The notes under the pieces: generated by a model
What the model saw: only the letters and a program-made list of their open reading frames with translations
Database searches by the model: none
What the model was told of the DNA's origin: nothing
NCBI GenBank assembly: GCA_963807785.1
Contig: CAWEEC010000076.1
Span: 270 to 64,269, forward strand
Reading direction: 5' to 3'
DNA from: an uncultured Gammaproteobacteria bacterium
Lineage (GTDB): Bacteria; Pseudomonadota; Gammaproteobacteria; SZUA-229
DNA: 64,000 nucleotides
Made by a program: the position numbers and the translations under genes
Shown here: one piece after another, positions 10,550 through 19,616 of the stretch
Layout: each line of letters begins with the position of its first letter
Position numbering within the stretch: the stretch's first letter is position 1

Positions 10550-11026
10550 CTTCGTATTGTTTGATATCGCCCAGTATTCTTTCCACTACCTGCCCAAAGT
10601 AGAAGCCGGCGAGACCGATGCTGATTGCCCAGATACCGGCGCCGACAAAATTGAGCACGATAAAACGCAGATAGGACACATTGCTCATGCCGATAGCGAA
10701 AGGGTCACGGTACGAATTCCGTAAAGAAAGCGGAAACCAAGGATGAGCAGATTCTGATGTTGCTCCAGCAAGAGAAATACGCGGCTCGCGGGCGCCTGCC
10801 ATGCTAGGCGCCGCGCCAGCATTGTTTTTCCATGGCGTCGACCAAGAAAGAAAAACAACTGATCCCCAAAGAATGTCCCAAAAAATCCGCAGATGATTAC
10901 CCGGTCCAGCGACAGGTAACCCAGATGTGCAGAGACACCACCCAGCACCATTATGGTTTCACCTTCCAGGAAGGTGCCGATTATGAGGATCGGGTAGCCA
11001 TAGGTCGACAACAGCGCTTCCAGCAT
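10533..11026 (-). pseudogene. DedA family membrane protein with one frameshift
   Basis: MLEALLSTYGYPILIIGTFLEGETIMVLGG...FFGDQLFFFLGRRHG...FRFLYGIRTVT is followed in another frame by PFAIGMSNVSYLRFIVLNFVGAGIWAISIGLAGFYFG. The shift is in a C-run (plus-strand GGG) near 10703. Confidence 0.75.
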
Positions 11027-11237
11027 GGCTAATGATTACCTCTTCAAAGTTCACATTTACGTCACTGACTTTCGCCAACACAACTTACCGCAAGCAAAAG
11101 TAACACAAACTTTCGCTACAACCCGGATTAATGCAAGTTACGTTTATATGATGTTATCTGACAGGCAGAAGTCAAACAGGATCTGTTAGTGGCGGGGAAG
11201 CAGGTAGCCGTGATAAATGTGCTTTATATGTTATCTG

Positions 11238-11453
11238 TCAGGCAGCTGCAAACACTGGTATGGCTGTTGCGCATTCCATCATTTCCATTTCATACAGAGT
11301 CTGATCACGCAGCTGTTTGACATGCTTGCCGCATTTTCCGCATTGCCCGGTGCAGCCGAGGGAATCGCGCAATCCTTTCATGGTGGTGACGCCATCCTCA
11401 ACAGCGGACCTGATTTGTCTGTCTGTTACTGCTTTGCAGATACATACATACAT
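11238..11453 (-). CDS. bfd: Bacterioferritin-associated ferredoxin
   Basis: MYVCICKAVTDRQIRSAVEDGVTTMKGLRDSLGCTGQCGKCGKHVKQL is the typical Bfd [2Fe-2S] CxC...CxxC pattern. It is divergent from bfr. Confidence 0.85.
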   Translation of the reverse strand: MYVCICKAVTDRQIRSAVEDGVTTMKGLRDSLGCTGQCGKCGKHVKQLRDQTLYEMEMMECATAIPVFAAA

Positions 11454-11521
11454 GGTGTGAATGTCTCTATAAATTGTTGTCGATTGATACGTTGTGTCCA
11501 GGCATCTATTTAATTGCAAAT

Positions 11522-11540
11522 GAGATTGATTGTCAATAGC
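11522..11540. promoter_or_regulatory. Putative Fur box in the bfd / bfr divergent region
   Basis: GAGATTGATTGTCAATAGC matches 13 of 19 positions of GATAATGATAATCATTATC. It lies inside the larger palindrome GCAAATG-N17-CATTTGC (11516..11546). Confidence 0.35.
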
Positions 11541-11756
11541 ATTTGCATTAAAACTCAATAACTGCAACAATACAACCTGCCAGCAAACCATGGCGTTGGT
11601 GTTTTTATCTTTTATATCAGCAAGTTATAATTTAACACGCTTGAAAAATGGATGGCTATTAAAATTTTAGTGTAATACCCTTGAATGAACCATCCTGCGG
11701 AATCGAGCACGGAATAGCGCGACAATCCACCACAAATATCTTTGGAGACAATGCCG

Positions 11757-12221
11757 ATGAAAGGTGACAGCACAACAATCGAATTTCTCAATGGTGTTCT
11801 GAAGAACGAACTGACCGCCATCAACCAGTATTTTTTGCATGCGCGCATGTTGAAAAACTGGGGCTTCAATGCGCTGAACGAGCATGAATACAAGGAATCG
11901 ATCGACGAGATGAAGCATGCCGACACGGTCATCGAACGCATCCTGTTTCTCGAGGGCTTACCCAATCTCCAGGACCTGGACAAGCTGCTGATTGGTGAAA
12001 ACGTTCCGGAGATGCTGCAAAACGACCTGAGGCTGGAAATCGAAGCCCGTGACTACCTGATACAGGCCATCGACCACTGTGAAAGTATCAGTGATTATGT
12101 CAGCCGGGAAATTTTCGATGACATCCTGCAGGATGAAGAGGAACATATTGACTGGCTGGAAACACAGCTCAGCCTGATCAACGACATCGGCCTTGAAAAT
12201 TACCTGCAATCACAAATGTAA
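11757..12221 (+). CDS. bfr: Bacterioferritin, heme-binding type
   Basis: [31 protein letters not shown]...IDEMKHAD...[12 protein letters not shown] is close to E. coli Bfr, including the Met52 heme ligand and the ferroxidase Glu/His residues. GGAGA lies 8 nt upstream of the ATG at 11757. Confidence 0.9.
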   Translation: MKGDSTTIEFLNGVLKNELTAINQYFLHARMLKNWGFNALNEHEYKESIDEMKHADTVIERILFLEGLPNLQDLDKLLIGENVPEMLQNDLRLEIEARDYLIQAIDHCESISDYVSREIFDDILQDEEEHIDWLETQLSLINDIGLENYLQSQM

Positions 12222-12239
12222 GTTCGGAGGGTCACAGCT

Positions 12240-12711
12240 ATGAAAGGCAGTAAAAAAGTCATCCGATACCTGAATGAATTGCTTGCCGGTGAACTCACCG
12301 CCATTGATCAGTATTTCATCCATTCCCGCATGTATGAAGACTGGGGCTACAACCAACTGTTCGAACGCATCAAGCATGAAACGGAAGAGGAAACCGAGCA
12401 TGCGACCATACTGATCCAGCGCATACTGTTTCTGGAGGGCACGCCGGACCTGAGCATGCGCGAACCCGCGATCAATGGTTGGCAAGGACGTTGCCGAAAT
12501 GCTGAAAAACGACCTGAAACTGGAATACCGGGTTGTCGATCATCTCAGAGAAGTGATCGCGGTGTGTGAACAGAAACACGACTATGAGACCCGGGAAATT
12601 CTCGAGGGATTGCTCAATGACACCGAGGAAGATCATACCTACTGGCTGGAACAGCAACTGGTACTGATCGATACCATCGGCCTGCGTAATTACCTGCAGT
12701 CCAAGATCTAG
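12240..12711 (+). pseudogene. bfr: Second bacterioferritin subunit (lacks the heme-ligand Met), with one frameshift
   Basis: [31 protein letters not shown]...EEETEHAT...LSMREPAIN is followed in another frame by [19 protein letters not shown]...TEEDHTYWLEQQL. There is an extra G near 12477 (AATGGTTGGC). Confidence 0.8.
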
Positions 12712-12770
12712 TCGAACGCAAGCTGCTCGCCTGCAAACTCACGCCACTGCCACTGCTGTCCCACTTACTC

Positions 12771-12796
12771 GTCATTCCCGCGAAAGCGGGAATGAC
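12771..12796. repeat. Perfect hairpin GTCATTCCCGC-GAAA-GCGGGAATGAC downstream of bfr (REP-like or terminator-like)
   Basis: An 11-bp perfect stem with a GAAA loop, followed by ATGATTTCTGTTTT. Confidence 0.6.
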
Positions 12797-13068
12797 ATGA
12801 TTTCTGTTTTGGTATTTCATCTCCATTTCAGTTCAAAGCCATTTGATTACTGTAATAATCGTGTTTACTACATGCGTGTAACGATTATGTGGGACAGCAG
12901 TGCGCCCTTGCCCTTAAATTTAACAAAGGAGCCCGAAGGCTCCTGTAAAACAAATCACCTGACAAGAAACAGTTAGTGTTTGACAAGTTGCAGCACAATT
13001 CCACGACGCTCATAGTGAACGTAAAAATGCAGGCTATGGATTGCCAGCTGAAAAAATTCATAATCACG

Positions 13069-13083
13069 ATAGCTTCCTGCTAT
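13069..13083. promoter_or_regulatory. Putative OxyR half-site (ATAG-N7-CTAT) upstream of oxyR
   Basis: ATAGCTTCCTGCTAT lies 77 bp upstream of the oxyR ATG. The second half-site is only degenerate (GATATCTATCAT). Confidence 0.35.
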
Positions 13084-13159
13084 CATTAGCCATGTATTCA
13101 TGATATCTATCATATTTAAAATATGTATTGATAAGAACTATTGATAATTCAACACCAGC

Positions 13160-14101
13160 ATGACCTTAACTGAATTACGCTACATTGTTGCCGTCGCCCG
13201 CGAGCGCCACTTTGGCAAGGCCGCGAAGGCCTGTCATGTGAGCCAGCCAACCTTGAGTGTCGCCATTAAAAAGCTGGAAGAAGAACTCGGTGTATCGATT
13301 TTTGAACGCGGCAGTAAAGAAATTTCGCTGTCGCCCGTTGGTGAGCGCGTGGTGCAACAGGCACAAACGGCACTGGAAGCGGCCGACAATGTCAGGCAGG
13401 TCGCACTCCAGGGCAGGAACCAGCTGGCGGGCCCCTTGCGCATCGGCGCCATCCATACGATTGGCCCCTATCTCTACCCCGAACTGATTCCACAGTTGAG
13501 AAAAGCGGCACCGGAAATGCCGCTGGTGGTTGAAGAAAACTTCACCTCGGTATTGACCGAGAAACTCAAACAGGGCGAACTTGATGTCATCGTGATAGCG
13601 TTACCGTTTACAGAGCATGGCATCGTTACACAACCACTCTATGATGAACCGTTCGTGGTGTTATTGCCCGCGTCACATCCGCTGACAGCGCGCAAAACAA
13701 TCTCATCCTCCCAGCTTGAAGATGAAAATGTTCTGCTGCTTGGTAAAGGTCATTGTTTTCGCGATCATGTGCTTGAAGCCTGCCCTGCCTGCGTGCCCAA
13801 ACCAGGGCTGATCGGTGACCTGCCACACACCATTGAAGGCAGCTCGCTGGAGACCATACGCCACATGGTCGTCTCCGGACTTGGCATTACCGTACTGCCC
13901 TGCACCGCTGCCGGTGCTCACAGTTACTCACAACGCCTGTTGACCATACGCCGCTTCAATAATCCGATTCCACACCGCAGTGTTGCCCTGGCCTGGCGCG
14001 TTTCATTTCCGCGCCCCAGGGTAATAGACGCCATCAACAAGGCAATTCATGCCTGTAAGCTGGGCTGCGTCAAGTATATACGTGGCGCTAAAGCAGCCTG
14101 A
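13160..14101 (+). CDS. oxyR: LysR-family hydrogen-peroxide-responsive regulator OxyR
   Basis: MTLTELRYIVAVARERHFGKAAKACHVSQPTLSVAIKKLEEELGV parallels the E. coli OxyR HTH. The redox-cysteine region GKGHCFRDHVLEACP is present. Confidence 0.8.
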   Translation: MTLTELRYIVAVARERHFGKAAKACHVSQPTLSVAIKKLEEELGVSIFERGSKEISLSPVGERVVQQAQTALEAADNVRQVALQGRNQLAGPLRIGAIHTIGPYLYPELIPQLRKAAPEMPLVVEENFTSVLTEKLKQGELDVIVIALPFTEHGIVTQPLYDEPFVVLLPASHPLTARKTISSSQLEDENVLLLGKGHCFRDHVLEACPACVPKPGLIGDLPHTIEGSSLETIRHMVVSGLGITVLPCTAAGAHSYSQRLLTIRRFNNPIPHRSVALAWRVSFPRPRVIDAINKAIHACKLGCVKYIRGAKAA

Positions 14102-14261
14102 TGATTAACGGCGTTGCCGAATAGTACTGCTTGTTGATTTATATCAAGGACCTTACTCACATTCAGGCGTAATTTTATCGCCGGCAAGCGGTTATGCTTT
14201 GACTCAAGGCCATGGGAATAGCAACAACTTCTTGTCCCAATTCTCAGATTGGTTGTGTCGT

Positions 14262-14299
14262 AAAGGCGGTATGGGTTTCACTCCATACCGCCTTTTTTT
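14262..14299 (+). terminator. Rho-independent terminator with no ORF upstream
   Basis: AAAGGCGGTATGG-GTTTCACT-CCATACCGCCTTT followed by a T-run. Confidence 0.7.
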
Positions 14300-14493
14300 A
14301 TTTACGCTGGCATTGTGCCTGTGCTGTATTGCATTGATTGATTGACAAGCGCATCGAAACAAGTAAGCATCAGCCCATGAATTCAACAAACCTGCACGCC
14401 CTGATTCGATACATGAATGTACTGCCTGCCTGGCATTACACTCAGCGGCATGTTGTTTGTAGAAACTAGATTTAATTTTTTTCTATTTTATTA

Positions 14494-14525
14494 AGGCCGC
14501 TGCGTAACAACCAGCGGCCTTTTTT
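14494..14525 (+). terminator. Rho-independent terminator with no ORF upstream
   Basis: AGGCCGCTG-CGTAACAAC-CAGCGGCCT followed by TTTTT. Confidence 0.7.
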
Positions 14526-14576
14526 ATTGTTCGCACGATAAATTTGCGTTTATGGCGCAAGGAGATCCAGCAATCC

Positions 14577-15482
14577 ATGTCTGTTCCCGCAGCCTATCTG
14601 ACAGTTATCATCATCTGGAGCACCACACCACTGGCGATCCAGTGGAGTGGTATTGATGTCGGTTATGAGTTCGGTGTCGCTGCCCGTATGGTCATAGGCC
14701 TGCTGGCGTTGTTGTTGCTGATTCGACTGCGCGGCATACCGCTGCCATGGAACATTCATGCGCGCAACGTATACCTGGTAGGCGGCATATCCATGTTTAT
14801 CGCGATGAGCTTTGTCTACTGGTCTGCACAATACATTCCCTCCGGCTGGATATCGGTCATCTTCGGCTTGTCGCCGATTATCACCAGTATCTTTGCCACT
14901 GTCATATTGCGGGAGAACAACCTGACCGCAGGTCGTGTTACCGGCATGTTGCTGGGCCTGCTCGGACTGGTAGTGGTTTTCGCTGAAGGACTTGCGTTGA
15001 CCGATGCCGCCTGGATGGGTGTTGCCGGCGTGACCATCAGTGCTGTTTCGCAGTCACTGGGTGCCGTGCTGTTACAAAAGCTGAAGACAGATATGCCAGC
15101 ACTTTCAATTACAGCAGGCAGCCTCATTGTTGCCACACCGTTTTTTATAATGAACTTTGTACTTATGCAAAGCTGGCCCGAGCACATCAGCACGCTAACT
15201 TTGTTGTCTATCTTTTACCTGGCCATCCTGGGATCGGCACTGGGTTTTCCACTGTACTTCTACCTGTTGAAAAACCTCAACGCCGAGCGTGTTGCACTGG
15301 TGGCGCTGATAACACCGGTTAGCGCACTGCTGGTTGGCGCGCTGGTTAACGATGAGGTTATCAGCACTAGAGTATGGCTCGGTACCACACTGATCGTTGC
15401 CGGTCTTGCTATCTATGAATACGGCAAGTACCTGCCGTTTGCCCGTAAATGGCAGAAACGCTGGAACCAGCGGCCGTTATAA
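14577..15482 (+). CDS. EamA/DMT-family transporter
   Basis: A ten-TM-like hydrophobic profile with duplicated EamA halves. AAGGAGA lies upstream of the ATG at 14577. Confidence 0.75.
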   Translation: MSVPAAYLTVIIIWSTTPLAIQWSGIDVGYEFGVAARMVIGLLALLLLIRLRGIPLPWNIHARNVYLVGGISMFIAMSFVYWSAQYIPSGWISVIFGLSPIITSIFATVILRENNLTAGRVTGMLLGLLGLVVVFAEGLALTDAAWMGVAGVTISAVSQSLGAVLLQKLKTDMPALSITAGSLIVATPFFIMNFVLMQSWPEHISTLTLLSIFYLAILGSALGFPLYFYLLKNLNAERVALVALITPVSALLVGALVNDEVISTRVWLGTTLIVAGLAIYEYGKYLPFARKWQKRWNQRPL

Positions 15483-15528
15483 CAGGCTAGTTAAAATACG
15501 CTACCAGAGGTGGCAGCGAAGAAGCCGA

Positions 15529-16020
15529 TCAATGGATAAAACCAAGCTTCAGTCTTCTGTTGATTGTGCGCACCAGTTTCTGAATATGGTCCGAATTGGC
15601 GCCGAAGTCAGCCTTGCCAACGCGTGATTGCGAGCGTATTTCAAGCGCGGTGCTGGTGACACCATCAATACAACCGAGAGGCTTGATGACCACCTGCACA
15701 TCATCGGTGAACAACAGCAAGTGTGTTTTTGCCGCCAGTTCGAGCCGCCATTCAACATCGTCACTGTCCATAATCGACCAGCCCAGTTCAATAGCGGCAT
15801 CTTTAATCGCGGTGTAAAGCTCGTCAGCTTCAACATCGAAAACCGGGGTACGAAGTTCAGCGAAAGGGTGATCATCAGATGTTCTCGCGATATTGCTCGT
15901 GAAATAGACGGCGAGTCTTTTTTTCAGGCCCGGTGGGTCAAATAGTGGCGCATGATTTTTGAACAGAGTTGCGATGATAATCAAAACAACGATTACGATT
16001 ACAGCGAGGACAATTTTCAT
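15529..16020 (-). CDS. DUF1499-family membrane-anchored protein
   Basis: An N-terminal TM plus the C-terminal block EIRSQSRVGKADFGANSDHIQKLV, typical of DUF1499. Confidence 0.55.
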   Translation of the reverse strand: MKIVLAVIVIVVLIIIATLFKNHAPLFDPPGLKKRLAVYFTSNIARTSDDHPFAELRTPVFDVEADELYTAIKDAAIELGWSIMDSDDVEWRLELAAKTHLLLFTDDVQVVIKPLGCIDGVTSTALEIRSQSRVGKADFGANSDHIQKLVRTINRRLKLGFIH

Positions 16021-16232
16021 TCAGCATCCATTAGTCAACGTGAAGGCATGATAACAGCTTGTCTGCAAGCCGTGCATTTTTCAGCTTGCACAGCGATGTT
16101 AAATTTTTGTGAATAATTCTCATTAATTGCGTCTATAACACCAAAAATATTTTATATGGGCAAATTCTTATGTTCTAAATCAGCTTTTTTACGCATTTAA
16201 TAAGTGCTTGTTATGTCTTATTTTTTCAAATT

Positions 16233-16241
16233 TTATCCACA
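16233..16241. promoter_or_regulatory. Consensus DnaA box TTATCCACA upstream of nrdA
   Basis: An exact 9-mer match about 120 bp upstream of the nrdA ATG. Confidence 0.55.
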
Positions 16242-16270
16242 GTTTCTTAGACCGTTCTCCACCGTTATAT

Positions 16271-16318
16271 ACACAAGATATAGTGCTTGACTTGGGGTCA
16301 AACCACATTCTATAGTAG
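16271..16318. promoter_or_regulatory. Tandem NrdR boxes
   Basis: ACACAAGATATAGTGC (16271..16286) and CCACATTCTATAGTAG (16303..16318) both fit the NrdR-box palindrome acaCwAtATaTwGtgt. Spacing is 32 bp start to start. Confidence 0.7.
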
Positions 16319-16360
16319 CCCGCATAATAACAACGACAACCCAATCAAAGTGGAACGGGA

Positions 16361-19258
16361 ATGAAACTAACTTCACCAATTACAGAAAATCAGACTCTCT
16401 CTCAACTCGATAACACAACTTCAACAAACTCAGCCAGTATTGCCGTCACGGCACCGGGCCGTTTCAGGGTAATCCGCAGAAACGGCAAGGTGACTGCCTA
16501 TGACCGCGAGAAAATAGCCGTTGCCATGACCAAGGCCTTTCTGGCTGTCGAAGGTGGCAATGCGGCCGCATCAAGCCGCATCCATGAAATCGTGCACGAG
16601 CTTGCCGAACAGGTCGAACTGGCACTGACTCGCCGGATTCCTGATGGCGGCACATTTCACATTGAAGATGTTCAGGACCAGGTTGAGCTGGCATTGATGC
16701 GCTCGGGTAACCAGCGCGTTGCCCGCTCCTACGTCATCTACCGTGAAGAACATGCCCGCGCCCGCCAGCAGCAACAAACCAGCGCCGTGGTGGAAGCCGT
16801 CATCGATGAAACCGTCTCCGACATCGAGGTAACCCTGGCCGATGGCAGCAGGCAGGCGTTGGACAAGCGACGCCTGCAGGCCATCATCAAGGAAGCCTGT
16901 GACGGCCTCAAGGACGTCGATGCCAGTGCAATCCTGCAGGACACCGAGCGCAACCTGTTCGACGGCGTACCTGAAAAAGATGTATCACGCATGCTGGTGA
17001 TGAGCGCCCGTACCCTGATCGAAAAGCAGCCTGATTACTGCTATACCGCAGCGCGCCTGTTGCTGGACGACATGCGCACCGAAGCACTCAGCTTTGTCTA
17101 CAACCGCCTGACGCACGCGACCCAGCGTGAAATTACCAGTCTCTACGCCGATTACTTTGACAAGTACGTCAAGCGTGCCGTCGACCTGGAATTGCTGGAT
17201 GCACGCCTGCTTGAATACGACCTGCACCACCTGGGTAAGCAACTGCTGGCTGAACGTGATCACCAGTTCACTTATCTCGGTCTGCAGACCCTGTATGACC
17301 GTTATTTCATCCACTCCAACAGTATTCGCTTCGAGTTACCACAGGCCTTCTTCATGCGTGTTGCCATGGGACTGGCGATTAATGAAGTCAACCGCGAAGA
17401 GCGCGCCATCGAGTTTTACAAGCTGCTGTCATCGTTTGATTTCATGAGTTCGACACCGACCCTGTTCAACTCGGGCACCTTGCGTCCACAGCTATCGAGT
17501 TGCTACCTGACGACTGTACCCGATCACCTTGATGGCATTTTCAGCTCGATTAAAGATGATGCCCTGCTGTCGAAATACGCCGGTGGCCTCGGCAATGACT
17601 GGACGCGCGTTCGTGGTATGGGTGCCCATATCAAGGGTACCAACGGCAAATCACAGGGTGTGGTGCCTTTCCTCAAGGTCGCCAATGATACTGCTGTTGC
17701 CGTCAACCAGGGTGGCAAACGCAAGGGCGCCATGTGTGCCTACCTGGAAAGCTGGCACATCGACATCGAGGAATTTCTCGATTTGCGCAAGAACACCGGT
17801 GATGATCGTCGCCGCACGCACGACATGAATACCGCAAACTGGGTTCCGGACCTGTTCATGAAGCGTGTCGCCGAAGACAAGGACTGGACACTGTTTTCGC
17901 CTGATGAAGTACCTGACCTGCATGACCTGAGCGGTAAGAAGTTCGAAAAAGCCTATGCTGCTTATGAAGAGATGGCTGCCAACGGCAAAATAAACGTGCA
18001 TAAAACCATCAAGGCAAGCACCTTGTGGCGCAAGATGCTGAGCATGCTGTTCGAAACAGGCCATCCATGGATTACCTTCAAGGATCCTTGCAACCTGCGC
18101 TATACCAACCAGCACGCCGGCGTGGTACACAGCTCCAACCTGTGCACAGAGATCACCCTGCACACCAACGACACTGAAATCGCCGTGTGCAACCTGGGCT
18201 CAATCAACCTGCCCGCACACATTAATGAATGCGGGCTGGATACCGCCAAGCTGGAACGCACGATCAATACCGCGATGCGTATGCTGGATAACGTCATCGA
18301 CTACAACTATTACAGCGTACCGCAGGCGCGTGATTCCAACCTGAAACACCGTCCGGTTGGTATGGGTGTAATGGGTTTCCAGGATGCACTGTATAAACAG
18401 CGTGTACCGTATACCTCTGAAGATGCGGTTGAATTTGCTGACCGCACCATGGAAGCGATCAGCTACTATGCCATCAAGGCCTCGACCAACCTGTCTGAAG
18501 AACGCGGCCGTTACACCAGCTTCGAAGGTTCATTGTGGAGCAAGGGCATACTGCCGATCGACTCGATTGATTACCTGGCCGAGGGCCGCGGCAACTATCT
18601 GGACCTGGACCGCAGCCATACCTTTGACTGGGATTCGCTGCGCGCACGGGTACAGAAAGTCGGCATGCGTAATTCCAACACCATGGCGATAGCACCAACT
18701 GCAACCATTTCAAACATCTGCGGCGTAAGCCAGTCGATCGAGCCAACCTACCAGAACCTGTTCGTTAAATCGAACCTGTCGGGTGAGTTCACTGTGGTGA
18801 ATCCTTACCTGATCGAGGATCTGCGTGAACGTGGTTTGTGGGACGAGGTTATGGCCAACGATCTCAAGTATTACGACGGCAGCGTACAGATGATTGACCG
18901 GGTACCTGCCGATCTGAAGCAACTGTATCAGACTGCGTTTGAGATCGATGCGCGCTGGCTGGTTGAAGCGGCGGCGCGTCGCCAGAAGTGGATCGACCAG
19001 GGCCAGTCACTGAACCTGTACATGTCTGAACCCAATGGTTCAAAACTTGACGCCCTGTACAAGCTGGCGTGGGTACGTGGCCTCAAAACGACGTATTACC
19101 TGAGATCCATGGGCGCCACCCATGTTGAGAAATCAACCATGGATACCGATCGTGCAAACAAGTTGAATGCGGTAAAGAACACAAAGCAGGAAGCAACTGA
19201 ATCAGCTGCACCACAGGCATGCTCAATCCTTGATCCGGATTGCGAGGCGTGTCAGTAA
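16361..19258 (+). CDS. nrdA: Class Ia ribonucleotide reductase alpha subunit
   Basis: 965 aa, with an ATP-cone region, the catalytic blocks NLCTEI and PTATIS, and a C-terminal CxxxxC...C tail (ACSILDPDCEACQ). Confidence 0.95.
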   Translation: MKLTSPITENQTLSQLDNTTSTNSASIAVTAPGRFRVIRRNGKVTAYDREKIAVAMTKAFLAVEGGNAAASSRIHEIVHELAEQVELALTRRIPDGGTFHIEDVQDQVELALMRSGNQRVARSYVIYREEHARARQQQQTSAVVEAVIDETVSDIEVTLADGSRQALDKRRLQAIIKEACDGLKDVDASAILQDTERNLFDGVPEKDVSRMLVMSARTLIEKQPDYCYTAARLLLDDMRTEALSFVYNRLTHATQREITSLYADYFDKYVKRAVDLELLDARLLEYDLHHLGKQLLAERDHQFTYLGLQTLYDRYFIHSNSIRFELPQAFFMRVAMGLAINEVNREERAIEFYKLLSSFDFMSSTPTLFNSGTLRPQLSSCYLTTVPDHLDGIFSSIKDDALLSKYAGGLGNDWTRVRGMGAHIKGTNGKSQGVVPFLKVANDTAVAVNQGGKRKGAMCAYLESWHIDIEEFLDLRKNTGDDRRRTHDMNTANWVPDLFMKRVAEDKDWTLFSPDEVPDLHDLSGKKFEKAYAAYEEMAANGKINVHKTIKASTLWRKMLSMLFETGHPWITFKDPCNLRYTNQHAGVVHSSNLCTEITLHTNDTEIAVCNLGSINLPAHINECGLDTAKLERTINTAMRMLDNVIDYNYYSVPQARDSNLKHRPVGMGVMGFQDALYKQRVPYTSEDAVEFADRTMEAISYYAIKASTNLSEERGRYTSFEGSLWSKGILPIDSIDYLAEGRGNYLDLDRSHTFDWDSLRARVQKVGMRNSNTMAIAPTATISNICGVSQSIEPTYQNLFVKSNLSGEFTVVNPYLIEDLRERGLWDEVMANDLKYYDGSVQMIDRVPADLKQLYQTAFEIDARWLVEAAARRQKWIDQGQSLNLYMSEPNGSKLDALYKLAWVRGLKTTYYLRSMGATHVEKSTMDTDRANKLNAVKNTKQEATESAAPQACSILDPDCEACQ

Positions 19259-19616
19259 GGAGTGTTGTTGTAAGGAGCGGGGCCAATATAACAATAACAA
19301 ACAAGAGGCCAGCCATGAGTGACGACAATAGCATGCTGCCCGGGAGGGAACCGGGTAATGAGTCTTAGAGCAGAACTGAAACAGATTCTATATGACCTGG
19401 TGCTGACCAGTGAGCCGGGGCGCGATGAGATCGCCTACTTCTGCCGCCACCAGGGCATAAAGATCTGCTTTACACGGGCACGTACTACGTGGCACTCGTT
19501 AGGTCCATCAGCGATAAAACCCTGGTGGATGATACTTGAACCATTACGCACACTGTCAGGCACCACTGACAGTCGGGATAACAATAAAAATATTAAAGCG
19601 ATAGAGGTAATTGAGA

